A stretch of DNA of 64,000 bases from Salpingoeca rosetta. Lineage: Eukaryota > Protista > Choanoflagellata. Position 1 is the first letter of the stretch, and every line of letters begins with the position of its first letter. Location: positions 1,600,225 to 1,664,224 of the forward strand of contig JAWQFM010000007.1 of assembly GCA_033442325.1 (NCBI GenBank). The letters run 5' to 3'. Under the pieces are notes generated by a model, which searched no databases, had not been told where the DNA came from, and worked only from the letters and a program-made list of their open reading frames with translations. Positions 1 to 12,322 of the stretch are shown here, piece by piece. The position numbers were made by a program, and so were the translations under genes.

Positions 1-544
1 CCGCACAACGCAGCAGACACAACATTGGGCACGGCACTGGCAGTGCAAGTGGTAGCGGACACATACGCGAGTTGGTGGCGCTGATGTGGAGCGGCGTCGA
101 AGCAGCGTCGGTCGCTTCTGCACAGGCGAGAATGGAGACGGTGAGATGTGCCACCCAGATACAAGACACAGGCAGATAGATAGACAGACACACAAGCACA
201 CACACACAGACAGACAGAGAGAGAGAGACACACACACACACACAGATAGATAGACAGACACACATACGCACACAGACAGACAGACAGACAGATAGACAGA
301 CACGTACACACACATACACATAAACATAAACGCAGACAACGGAAGCACCCGTTTACAGGCGCACAGTCCGCACCTTTGGTGCCTGCTCGATAAGATGAAT
401 GCCGCGCAGGGAAACGCGAAACTCAAACGTTTTCGACGCGCTGTACCGCAGCCGCTTCCGGGCAGCAAGGACCTTGAGAGGCAGGAGGGGAAGGGGTGGC
501 ACGTGTGAGAGGATAAGCAATGTAGGGAGGAGAACGAAACAGGC

Positions 545-579
<35 letters not shown>

Positions 580-2151
580 CACACACACACACACACACAC
601 ACATATCCATCTCCAATTACCCCCGCCCTCTCCAATGTCTACACCATGCGCATGGGTTGCACCTCTCTGATGGCCATGAAGAGGAGGTCCTTTGATGGGC
701 GCGGGGGCACATTGAGACTTCCGAGGAAGCGCACGGTAAACGACTCGTGGTCAGGCGAGCTCACCTGGAACGGTGTGGGCGGCGGGCCTGGCGATGATGG
801 TGGCGGTGATGGTGGTGGTGGCTCATGTGAGGAAGGCTGTGTCATGCCAAGCTGTGGTCTCAACCAGCACACGCAGCTAGTGCACAATGCGTGCGTGCAT
901 ACGGCTGAGAAACAGTCGGCACAGGAGTACCACACGCAGACATATGTCCATTCAGTGTACGCACCGACTGGGATTGACGACTCCTGGCGTTGCTGAGCAA
1001 GGGCAAAGAGCCTGTCCTCCTCCTCCTGCAGCTGGCGAGCAAGGTCCTCGTCAGCGGTTGTGGCCATCATGGCAGATGACGTCGTGCTGGCATATTCCGA
1101 CGCACGGCCATCTTGCTCGCCCTCCTCCTCCTCTTCCTGCGCTTGCAGCCGCCGGGCAAGCTCCTCGTCGCCCTGCTCGTCACAGTCGCGCGTACGTGTG
1201 ATTGTGTGATTGTGTGATTGTGTGAGCGTGTGTGATTGTGTGTGTGTGAGGTGAGAGGGGGTTAATAGCCTGCTCACACAAAAAGAACACACATACACAC
1301 AGACAGACACAGACACAGACACACGCAGAGCACACACACACACGCAGAACACACACACACACACACACACACATAGAGCACACACACACACACAGCCTAG
1401 ACAGACAGACAGACAGACAGACAGACACACACACACAACACACCTCTGGTGCCTGGTCGAGGTGAACCACAAAGTTGCCTGGGAAGGTGCCCTGAACGCC
1501 CGTTGTGATGTTGAGGCCAATGTACCAGCCTGCCGGTGTACATAGCATGTCATAGGCACCGCACAGTAAGGGGAAGAGCAAGTTCCGAGAAACACAAAGC
1601 AGAGCAGAACACGAAGCAGAAGCAGCAGCAGCAGCAGCAGCAGCAGAAGAAGAAGAAGCAACAACAAGAACAGCAGCCGTTAGCTTGTTCTGCACTTGGC
1701 ATGTTACGTACCGTCTGGTCCCATTTCAACGACATACAGAAGGTCGCCTTGGGAAGCGATGATCACACATGGGGTGAAGTGCAAGCAGCCACAACACATG
1801 TGAGCAAACACACGGTGTTGTTGCAATGGAATCCTCAGGCAACCATCAGTGTCGAGTGTGTGTTTAGGGTGCGAGTAAGGGGGTGCTTTGGGGCAACAAA
1901 AGGGAGGGCGTCAGGGAGGCGTGAGACGATAAATACCTTTATGAAGATCCACTTCATCAACTTCCCGGGCCGCGTAGTCGTATGCGGCCGTGAAGTTGGG
2001 CACCGCATTGTCCACGTCAATCTCCGGAAAAGGCAGCTCGTCTCCTTCGCCCTCAACCATAGTCAGCTCTGCCAGAGATGCCCTCATCGCAGATGCTGGA
2101 GACAACGGTCTTTGTGTCTGATCATATTGACCTTGTTGACCTTCTTGTCGC

Positions 2152-2235
<84 letters not shown>

Positions 2236-2837
2236 ACAAGAGGTGCAAATGGATTTGACCAGTTTGCAGGCTTTCTTTTCTTCTTCGTCTTCTCGTGTGT
2301 AGCTGCTGTTGCCGTTGATGATGTCGGCTTCTCTGCTTCAGTCGGGTGGTGCGCCTGGTGTGATGTCGATGTACCGTTCGGTTCTGGTGTGTGTGCTTTC
2401 TCTCTGTCGTTGGCGGTGTCTTCTCGTATTCTTCTGTCCACATTGACTGTGTGATTATCCTTTGCGGTCCCGTGGGATTCTCGCCCATTCCGTGTCTGTG
2501 TGCGGGCAACATGGTGAGCAGCGACGTCGCCTTCACCATGGTGAGCGCGCACACCTGTCTCATCGCCATCGTCAAAGTTATCGTCATCACCACTATCGTC
2601 ATCGTCATCTTCATTGTCGTTGCCGTTGCCGTTGATGCCTGGGACACGTGACGAGGGAGGCTGCGCTTGCGCTTTTTGTTGTTGTGCCGAAGAAGATGCT
2701 GTTGTTCTTCCAGCCATCAGGTCGATGACCTCGTCGTCATCATCGCTGCTGCTCCCGCTTCCACTCCTGCTCCCGCAGCTCATCGTCGTCTTGTGGTGTT
2801 GCTCTCGCCGCTCGTCGGAGAGCGCTGAATGCGACAT
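1..2837 (-). CDS. SH3 + two MIU-like ubiquitin-binding motifs + PTB/PID adaptor protein (multi-exon; 3' end runs off the window)
   Basis: Spliced exons (~1937-2837, 1712-1747, 1445-1529, ~960-1173, ~652-860, ~372-472) give the SH3 'FTAAYDYAAREVDEVDLHKG|DLLYVVEMGPDG|WYIGLNITTGVQGTFPGNFV', the motifs 'DEELARRLQAQEE' and 'DEDLARQLQEEE', and the PTB start 'FTVRFLGSLNVP...AIRE|VLAARKR...VSLRGIHLIE'. The start codon is uncertain (2837 or ~2783). Confidence 0.75.
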
Positions 2838-3210
2838 GACAAGGCGCAGCAAAATTTGAGGCTTGAAAACAGCGGAAAGTCTTCCGGCATTTCTCTCTTG
2901 CCCATTTTCCACAAAGACAACCCACGTGCCACACCAACCAACCAACAACTACAAGGTCAGTGGAACACACCTGCTGCTTGCCGTTGCTTCCTTCCTCTCA
3001 CCCTCTCTTTGTCTCTGTCTATATCTCTCTTTCTGTCTATCTCTCTCTCTCCCTCTCTCTCGCGCGCTCTCTCTCTTTGTATCCCTCTCTCCCTCTCTCC
3101 CTCTCTCCCTCTCTCCCTCTCTCCCCTCTCTCCTCTGTCAACCTTTGTATCTTTACGTCTTCCTCCCTTCCTCCCTCTTGTTCGTCTTCTCTGTGCTGCT
3201 TTGACCATGG

Positions 3211-3320
3211 TGGTCTTGTGACGACCCAGGCATTTGGCTTGACGTTTGTCGAACAACTTTCTGTTGTTGGATGACACTGATGAAAATGCTGGCTACCTAC
3301 CAACTTTTCTCTGAAGACCA
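3211..3320 (+). ncRNA. Box C/D snoRNA, snR13-like, copy 1
   Basis: C-like box GTGACGA (3218-3224), guide AGGCATTTGGC plus D'-like TTGA, C' CTGATGA (3277-3283), D box CTGA (3311-3314), terminal stem TGGTCT/AGACCA. The guide is complementary to the conserved LSU rRNA segment GGUAGCCAAAUGCCU. Confidence 0.85.
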
Positions 3321-3615
3321 ACTACCCCATGCGTCACCGTGATAATATTTCTTTTCTTGTACGCACTGTTCATGTGCTTGTGCATTGTTTGTGCTTTGTG
3401 AGTATTTTGAGCGTTGTGCGAGCCTTACGTGGCATAACGTTGTTGTTCATTTGCTTTCTTGCCGTTTTCGTTCGAGCGAGTATGGCAAACGCTTGTCTGG
3501 TTTTGTCCTTCGTTCAGTGTTCTTTCTTTTCTTTCCTTTTCCTCGCTTCATGATGTGACCTTCGTCGTTCTTTCCCTTTGTGATGATGATCGCCCTCTGT
3601 TGTACCGCTGTGCTT

Positions 3616-3725
3616 TGATCTGGTGACGACCCAGGCATTTGGCTTGACGTTTGTCGAACAACTTTCTGTTGTTGGATGACACTGATGAAAATGCTGGCTA
3701 CCTACCAACTTTTCTCTGAAGATCA
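3616..3725 (+). ncRNA. Box C/D snoRNA, snR13-like, copy 2
   Basis: Core identical to copy 1 (GTGACGA 3623-3629 to CTGA 3716-3719), with a different terminal stem TGATCT/AGATCA. Confidence 0.85.
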
Positions 3726-3880
3726 TACGCTCAGCGCCCCTGGTGCATGTTGGCGCTCATTGTGACCTCACGTCTCCATTCTTCCTGTTAGCGCCCTGTC
3801 CCGTTTGTTGTTCCCTCCGTGCTGCTGCAACCGGCAAGAAGCACGAGTTTTGCTTTGCCTTGTCTCGTGCACTGTGTTTC

Positions 3881-3996
3881 GGGCAATCTAGTGACGACCC
3901 AGGCATTTGGCTTGACGTTTGTCCGACAACTTTCTGTTGTTGGATGACACTGATGAAAATGCTGGCTACCTACCAACTTTTCTCTGAAGATTGCCC
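3881..3996 (+). ncRNA. Box C/D snoRNA, snR13-like, copy 3
   Basis: The core differs by 2 nt in the internal hairpin (gtccgacaac vs gtcgaacaac). Boxes at 3891-3897 and 3984-3987; 9-bp terminal stem GGGCAATCT/AGATTGCCC. Confidence 0.85.
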
Positions 3997-4521
3997 TTTA
4001 CACCCCCCCCCCCAAATCTTCTTTGCTGCTCTCCTGTACTCAGCCGATTTTGCACGTCCAACCACGTGACTCACCAATACCTGTATTGACCTATCGTCTC
4101 TTGCACAGAATTGTCGAGGACGGATTACATATAACTAAGGCAGTGTCTACTTCACGATTCAGAAGCGAGGAGCACATACAAGACCAAGATTTGGGGGCTG
4201 ACCATATTTGTCAAGAGGCAGCTCACGCCTGCCCAGTTTCCTACATCTCTATTCTGACGGCTTGCTTTGTTTGTTGGGTTGCTCGTGCGTTGATTGTTGT
4301 GCTTGCCACAAGCACGTCACTTCCGCAATGGCGCGACGTGGTGCTCAATTAAACAGCTCAACAGCGTGTGTGTATACAACGCCAGCAATTGCAACTTGAG
4401 AAACGGGTGCGTGGAGCATACGTGAGCATGATGCGGTGATGTGACTTGTTTGCTTGTTCCACCTGGTTGCTGGTTCGCTTGCCTGCATTTCCTGCCTGCT
4501 TTGTTTATCCGTTTGTGGTTG

Positions 4522-4948
4522 TCATCGTTGCTTGTGAAGGACATACGCATACCCAGTGCCCAAGTGGAAGCTAGCCGCCTTTTCCACACGCACACGCGGC
4601 TGTGGCGACGGTGCAGCACTGGCATTTGCATCTGTCGAGGCATCACAACCGCCCTGCTCGTACTGGCGTGTCGCATCGTCGACGATGGCGCGAATGTCGC
4701 GGTCCCACCAGCAGCCCCAGCGCGCAGCGTGACACCGCGCCCGCCAGCTCAGATACAGGCTCACGGGCGGCAGCCAGTGCGATGTGCCGTGCTCCAGCAG
4801 CAGCACCTGCCATCGTGAGCGAGTGCGTGCGTGCATGCGCGCGCGTGTGTGCGTGTTGTGTGAGGGAGAAGGGTGGGAGGGAGTGGTGGTGTCAGCATTG
4901 TGGGAGTGGGAGCGACAGAGGGAGACAAAGGGAGTCACCATCGTGAGA

Positions 4949-5027
<79 letters not shown>

Positions 5028-6678
5028 CGTGCTTTCACACATACCTTTCCGCCTGGTTTGCACACGCGAAGCATCTCGCGGAGGGCAGTCACGGGGTCAT
5101 CAAAAGAGCAGAGTCCAAATGTGTCGACAACGGTATCAAATGTGTTGGCGGGAAAAGGCAGTGCCTCGGTCCCGCCAGTCAAAAAGTCGACTGCAATATT
5201 CGCTTCAGGCTGCTCACGGCTGCCAGCGTCGTGTACGTTGTCTGAGCTTGCTGCACCTGTCTCTACTGTGTGGTACGCAATGGTGTGGTGCTGTGGTGCG
5301 TGTGTGTTTGTGTGTGTGTGTGTGTGAGTGTGTGTGTGTTTGTGTGCATGGCGGTTGCGAGCGACATGTCAGCGAAAGGTGCACAGCATGAGATCGAGAC
5401 AGCAACACAACCAGTTGCGGTGAGTCAGGTGCATGAAGCGAGGCAGAGACGGCAAGGAGACCTTGTCCAGCGAAGCCAGACACAAAGACACACAGACACA
5501 GACACAGACACAGACGCACACACACATACACACATACACACACACACAACAGACACAGACACAGACACAGACACAGACAGACAGACAGACACACACACAC
5601 ACACATAAATGCTTCCTGAACGCACAGGGTGTTGGGTGTCAAAGTCCTGTACAATGGCCCTTGCCTCCTACACGCGACAAACCAAGGGGAATTGGATCTG
5701 AGCGAAACGAGGCAAGCCGCAAGTACGTGGCGTGTGCTGCACATGCTGATGCAGTGTCGCTCGCACATGCGCGCATGCGTGTAGCAAGCGGACAAAGCAG
5801 AGAGGCAATGCGGCTCTCGTACGTCAATCATGGCTTGGCTCTGATCGCACAGGGTGAGCTGCGACACGGCCGGCGGGTAGAAGGGCAGGTTGCGCGCCGT
5901 GCCAGCCGCCACCTGCGATTGTGCAATGAGAAGTGGGTGGAGGTACATTTGAACGTGTGTGTGTGTTGATGGTTGTGTGCGTGTGTGCGCGTGTTGATGG
6001 ATGTGCAGTACGTGTGCGTGAGTGTGCGTGAGTGTGCGTGTGTGTGAATGGTCACAGATGTGCACGGGTGCGTATGGATGTGGCTGTTCACATATGCAAG
6101 CCGACAAACAGTAGTAACACGTACATGCACACAAACACGGACACTTGGGTGCACAGTGAACGAGCGGAGCACCTCGAGGACGTGGCCGGCTGCGTGCTGC
6201 TGCAGGAGCTGTTGTCGCTGCTTGAGCACGCCCGTCGATCGTTCAGAGCTACACAGGACCGATCGCGGAACAGAAACGCACAGTGCGATGTGTGTGTGTG
6301 TGCGTGTGCATGTATGTGTGCCCCAGTGGAAGGAAAGGCAGAAACAGCAGCCATAAATGGCCGACGCACACTCGGACATGTTCCACGTCCGCTGAGAGCC
6401 ACACAACCCCAGATAACGCTACTCACTCGTGGATATCCTTGTCATAGCTATTGGCAATCGTCTCCCATGTCTCTCGTCGTTCCTGGTCTGTCACCTGATG
6501 ACAGCGTTGATGTGAGGTCACACAAAGCACGCGTTAGCAACTGCAGCGGATGTACAACAAAACGAGAAACAAAGCACATGTGTGCACATTCACACAACCA
6601 ACCACGAAGGCAGCTACGAAGGCAGCCACGAAGGCAGCTACGAAGGCAGCCACAAAGGCAGCCACACAGGAACCCCCC

Positions 6679-6758
<80 letters not shown>

Positions 6759-7062
6759 CAAAGCGTACATCTTTAGCGTTGATCGTCTGGTAGACGAGGA
6801 GTCCTCCAAGGACGCCCAGTGTGTAGATGATGCCAAACGCGACAAACTTGCCAACGGACCGTTCCTGCAGCCCACTTTGCTGCATCACAGCCACCGTCCA
6901 CGGTGACAGCCGGTTCCATCTCCCCTGTTGCTGTGCTAGTTGAGCTGTTTGTGGGTGCAGTCGTACTGGCAGCGACCTCGTTCCTCCTTGCTGCTGCTGC
7001 CGCATGTGTCTTGCCACCACGGACAGCCCCCGCCGTGCGCCATGCATCATCATCATCATCAT
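4522..7062 (-). CDS. SAM-dependent methyltransferase, mitochondrial OMS1-like (multi-exon)
   Basis: Arg-rich presequence plus TM segment '[19 protein letters not shown]'; motif I 'GHVLE|[12 protein letters not shown]'; '[41 protein letters not shown]|VLLLEHG'; 'WGCWWDRDI'; C-terminal 'HLGTGYAYV'. Confidence 0.8.
6602..6668. repeat. 12-bp intronic minisatellite (CCACGAAGGCAG-like, ~5.5 copies)
   Basis: Directly visible tandem units inside an intron of the OMS1-like gene. Confidence 0.85.
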
Positions 7063-7763
7063 CTTTGATGTTGTCGTCGTCGTCGTCACAGTTGCACCGC
7101 GGTGAGGTGGCAGCCGTTGCGGTGCTTGTCTGTTGTCCTCCTTCCAGCCTACGCGCACCACTCAACCCACCAACGCTCAACCACCAGCTTGCTCACGCCA
7201 ACCCAACAAAACCCCAACGAAGTTTGGACGTTTCGCGGATGTTTTCCATAGCATTTCCTCACACTGAAACCACCACAACTGCCTGTGAGTCCACTGATTG
7301 GTACTCCTCTTCCTCTGCTGCTTGTGCCTGCACCTTTTGCGTTTGTTTTCTCTGCCTTCCACAACAACCACCACCGCCTCTCTCACAACAACAAGCATTC
7401 ACCGCACCAACCATTGAAAGCCAAACAGCCTGCGATCAAACCACATCAGGTCAGCCAATATAGATCACGGCAAAGGCAATCCGATCGGATGCCTGCGATG
7501 GTGGAGTTTTGGCGAGGGCTGGGGGACTGTGGTGTGGGTGTGCACACTCTTGTGTTTGTATTTGTGCTGTTTGTATTTGTGGTGTTTGTCACCGACTACA
7601 TTGCATTGACTTGTGCGCTGACCCATGTGTGCGTGTGTTTTTGCCGATCGTTCCTCTTTGATGTGATGTGAACACTTTTTGACCACCCACCAAACTGCCG
7701 ACACACCCACACAGAGCCACCGTTTTTTTTTTCTCTCTCTCTCCAACAAACGAACCAACCAAG

Positions 7764-8388
7764 ATGAGCAACGAGGGCAAGTAAGTACTTCTCTTGTGTG
7801 TGTGTGTATGTGTGTGTGTGTGTGTGAGGATATGGATGTGGATGTGTGTACATGGATGTGTGTGCCTTTGCCACGACTGTTTGTTGTTTGTCGGTTAGCA
7901 CAATAGTGCACGGCTCACCGTTGTCTTTGTTGCCTGTTGTTGTCGTCGTCTTTGTGGTTGTGGTTGTTGTTGTTGTTGTTGTTGTTATTGTTGTTGTTGT
8001 TGTTTCGTGTTTGTTATTGTTGTTATTGTTGTTGTTGTTGTTTCGTGTTTGTTGTTGTTGTTGTGTCGTGTTTGTTGTTGTGTTGTGTTTGTTGTTGTGT
8101 CGTTTGCACTTCGTTTGCGCTTCTTTGCACCAGAGCCGACATCGCCTTGATTGGCCTGGCTGTCATGGGCCAGAACTTCATCCTCAACATGAACGACCAC
8201 GGCTTTGTGGTGAGTTGGGTGTCCGCAACAGCGATGTTGTAACACATGTTTGTCTTGTGGATGTGGTTTGCTGTGTGGGTGTTGTTGTTGTTTGAAGGCA
8301 TCGTTTTTTGTTCCTTCAAAGTGTTGTCATCGTCGTTGTTGAACTTGCTTTTTGAGTGGTGAACAGCAATGCAGCAAGTGTTGCAGTT

Positions 8389-8448
<60 letters not shown>

Positions 8449-10241
8449 ACACACACACGCGCGCGCGCTACACGCTTTCCCGCCGTGCCGCTCACTCAAA
8501 CCCTCTTATCAACCTTCTCCACCTCTTCATACTCTCCCCCCCCCCCCACACACTTGCACAGGTGACTGCGTACAACCGCACCGTTGAGAAGGTGGACCGC
8601 TTCATGGCAAACGAAGCCAAGGGTGCGTCGATGAGAACATTTGTCTCAGTGGGGGGTTTGCCTGCGTGTGCATGTGTATTGGTGCGATGTGTGTGTGTGT
8701 GTGTGTGTGTTTACATGCTTGCGTGTGTGTGTGTGTTTTCTTTGTACCGGTTGCGTGTGGGTGCCGCTTCCCTCATCCGCAGCATCTCACATGTTCTCAC
8801 GTGCGATGTGGGGTGTTGACCCGGTGCAGGCACGAACGTGATCGGCGCCCGCTCGATTGAGGAGATGGTCAAGTCGCTCAAGCGCCCGCGCCGCGTGATG
8901 ATGCTCGTCAAGGCCGGGCCCGTCGTCGACACCTTCATCGACCAGATTGTACGCCACTTGTTTGCTGTGCTCCGTGCGTGCGTGTGTGCCTTTGCGTTGG
9001 TGTGCGCTCTTTGCGTGTGTGCGTGCGTTGGTGTGTGACCCTTTCGTTTGTGTTGGTATATGATCCTTTTCGTTTGTGTTGGTGTGTGTTCTCCCCGCCC
9101 CGGCCCGCTGCCACATCTTTCCTTTCTCACCATGCTTGCATGCAACCACCTTTTGTGCATGCGCACGCCAGGTCCCGCACCTTGAGAAGGGCGACATCAT
9201 CATTGATGGCGGCAACTCCGAGTACGCGGACACGACGCGCCGCACCAAGACCCTCAAGGAGAAGGGCATCCTCTTCATCGGCACTGGTCTGCCTCTCTGC
9301 GGTCGCGCTCGCGCGTGTGTGTGTGTTTGGCGCGCCTGTGTATCTTCTGTGTGTGCACGCGCCTGTGTATGTGCGTGCATGTGTGCTTGTCGGTGCTGTA
9401 TAGCTGTCTGACGCGTCGTGCGAGGCCAGTACTCGTTCCTGACAGAATGAACACACTGTGTTATTGTTTGTTTCTTCCTTCCTTCGTTTGCCTGCAGGCA
9501 TCTCTGGTGGCGAGGAGGGCGCCCGCTACGGCCCATCTCTCATGCCTGGCGGCAACCCAGAGGCCTGGTCAGTTGTTGCGCTTGCGCGTGTGTTTGTGTG
9601 CATGTGCGTGTGTGCACGCCTTTGTCATTGTGTGAATTTGTCTTCATTGACACCGCAGTTATCATTCTTCACACATCACACGCACACGCAAACACACACG
9701 CGCACACGCAAACGCAAACACACACACGCACAAGATACACACACACACACACATCTCACACTGTCTCCTTCGCCACTGACAACCACCGCCAACAACATCG
9801 TTGACGACGACGACAACTGCACACGTCTTACCCCCCCCCCCACTCTCACTCACCGCACGGCTCAGGCCACATGTGAAGGAGATTTTCCAGAAGTGCGCTG
9901 CGCAGGTTGACGGGGAGCCGTGCTGCGACTGGGTTGGCGACGAGGGCGCCGGCCACTACGTGAAGATGGTGCACAACGGCATCGAGTACGGTGACATGCA
10001 GCTCTGCTGCGAGGCCTACCACCTCATGAAGGTCAGCACGCTCACGTACATCATGGTGCTCTTGTTGATGTCTGCAGTCGCGTCGTATGTGTGTGTGATT
10101 GTATGTCTGTGTCTGAGCGGTTTGTGATCGGTTGCACACTTCAATTAAGGCTTCTGACACCAACGCCTTGTTCACACACACACACACGCACACACACACA
10201 CACACACACTTACTTACACACACTTACTTACACACACTTAC

Positions 10242-10274
<33 letters not shown>

Positions 10275-10977
10275 ACTCAACACCCCCTCCCCGTCCCTCC
10301 ACCCACCAGGAGTGCCTTGGCATGTCGTGCAAGGAGATGAGCTCTGTGTTTGCGGAGTGGAACAAGGGCGAGCTCGACTCGTTCCTGATTGAGATCACGC
10401 GCGACATCCTCGCCTTTGAGGAGGACGGCGAGCCCCTGCTGGAGAAGATCATGGACAAGGCTGGCCAGAAGGGCACGGGCAAGTGGACCGCCATCAGCGC
10501 CCTGGACATGGGCATGCCTGTCACGCTCATTGGCGAGTCTGTGTTTGCGCGCTGCCTCAGCGCCATCAAGGACGAGCGCGTGGCTGCGAGCAAGCGGCTG
10601 CCGGGCCCGCCCACCTCCAAGTACGACGGCGACAAGAAGGCCTTTGTGGAGGACATTCGCCAGGCGCTGTATGCGTCGAAGATTGTGTCGTACGCGCAGG
10701 GGTTCATGCTCATGCGGCAGGCTGCCACGGAGTACGGCTGGAAGCTCAACTTCCCCGCCATTGCCCTCATGTGGCGCGGCGGCTGCATCATCCGCAGGTC
10801 AGCGCTGATGCGGTGGCGCTGTGTGTGTGTGTGTGTGCCTGGTGTGTGTGCCTTGTGTGTCTTTTGTCTGTTGTGCGCGCACGTGCGCTTGTTGGTTTCT
10901 ACGCTGTTTTCGTTTGCAATCACCCATAACTCACGCTTCTCTGTCACTACATATGCTCGTTTTTATTTTGTCCCCTT

Positions 10978-11049
<72 letters not shown>

Positions 11050-11414
11050 CATGGTCACGCACACGCTTCAGCGTGTTCCTTGGCAACATCCGTGACGCCT
11101 TCAAGAAGAACCCTGAGCTGACCAACCTGCTGATGGACGACTTCTTTGCCAACGCCATCACCAAGTGCCAGGCTGCCTGGCGCCGCGTGGTTGCTGCAGG
11201 CGTCACCCTGGGCGTGCCCACCCCCGCCTTCTCCACTGCGCTCGCCTTCTACGACGGCTACCGCTCCGAGCGCCTGCCTGCCAACCTCATCCAGGCCCAG
11301 CGCGACTTCTTCGGTGCACACACGTACGAGCGCCTGGACAACCCGGGCAAGTTTGTGCACACCAACTGGACCGGCCGCGGCGGCAACGTGTCCTCCTCCA
11401 CATACAACGCCTAA
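7764..11414 (+). CDS. PGD: 6-phosphogluconate dehydrogenase, decarboxylating (multi-exon)
   Basis: 'MSNEGK|[25 protein letters not shown]|VTAYNRT', 'IIDGGNSEY', '[19 protein letters not shown]', '[19 protein letters not shown]', '[10 protein letters not shown]', 'WRGGCII', '[17 protein letters not shown]'; stop at 11414. Confidence 0.98.
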
Positions 11415-12264
11415 ACCCAGCCCCCCACCTACCCACAGGTGCACGCATGCCCCGCGTACGCTGGCTTCAACTCCAATCTCTCCTTTTGCCCTCCTTCCTC
11501 CCCCCTACCCTTTCTTGCCACTTTCACCGCCACCACCCGTGTTGTCCCAGTCGCCGCCCTGCGCCACCGCTGGGGATTGTGATGGTGCCTGTGGCGTTCC
11601 TGTGGTGTTGTACGCTGGTGGTGTTTTGTTTCCTCTCCTGTGCGCCGTTCTTGTTGCGTGTCTTGCTTGTTCGGCCTCCGCCTTGCTTGTTGCTTGCTGC
11701 AATAGCGCAAGAGCAGTGATGCAACCACACATGTGCCGTGCTTGTTGCCTTTGCCTTTTGGTGTCATGGCTTTCTTGCTTGTGGTGCCCTCTCGTTTTCT
11801 GCAGGCACCACATGCGCACGACCTGTTTGTGTGATGCTGCGCTTGTTGGGTGGCCTGCGTTTCTTCTTCTTGTTCCATCTTCTCCATCTTAACCAACTCC
11901 CGCACATGAATACATTCATTCACGCCAAGCCTGGGGACCAGGACAACACGCGGGGTGACGAGAGCGCGGGAGCTTGGTTGCTTGGTTGTGTGAGCGCATG
12001 TGACAGCATGAACCGCGCAACACACAGAGTTCGCACTCCAATGAGTCATCATCGCATGTCCGCGAGTTTGGTGGATACGTAGCTTATTTCTACGATTCGC
12101 ACCAATTCTACTCTAGCTTTATTTTGGTTTCGTTGCCTTCAAAGTGCGCACTCCAGGAGCAAGAAGAGGACGACACAAAATCGTTGACAGCAACAACAGA
12201 CAGCAGATCGCAGTCAGCAAAAGCAGAAAAGAGGTTGGTTGTGGATGTGAACGGAGTGTGTGTG

Positions 12265-12322
<58 letters not shown>

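Noticed and set aside
3549-3620. Extra snoRNA suggested by ATGATGT/TGATGA motifs
   Set aside because: No convincing D box with a terminal stem and no recognisable guide.
3211-3996. Three near-identical ~100-bp repeats as a CRISPR array or transposon ends
   Set aside because: The units are too long, the spacers are irregular (295 and 155 bp) and the context is eukaryotic. C/D boxes and rRNA complementarity explain them.
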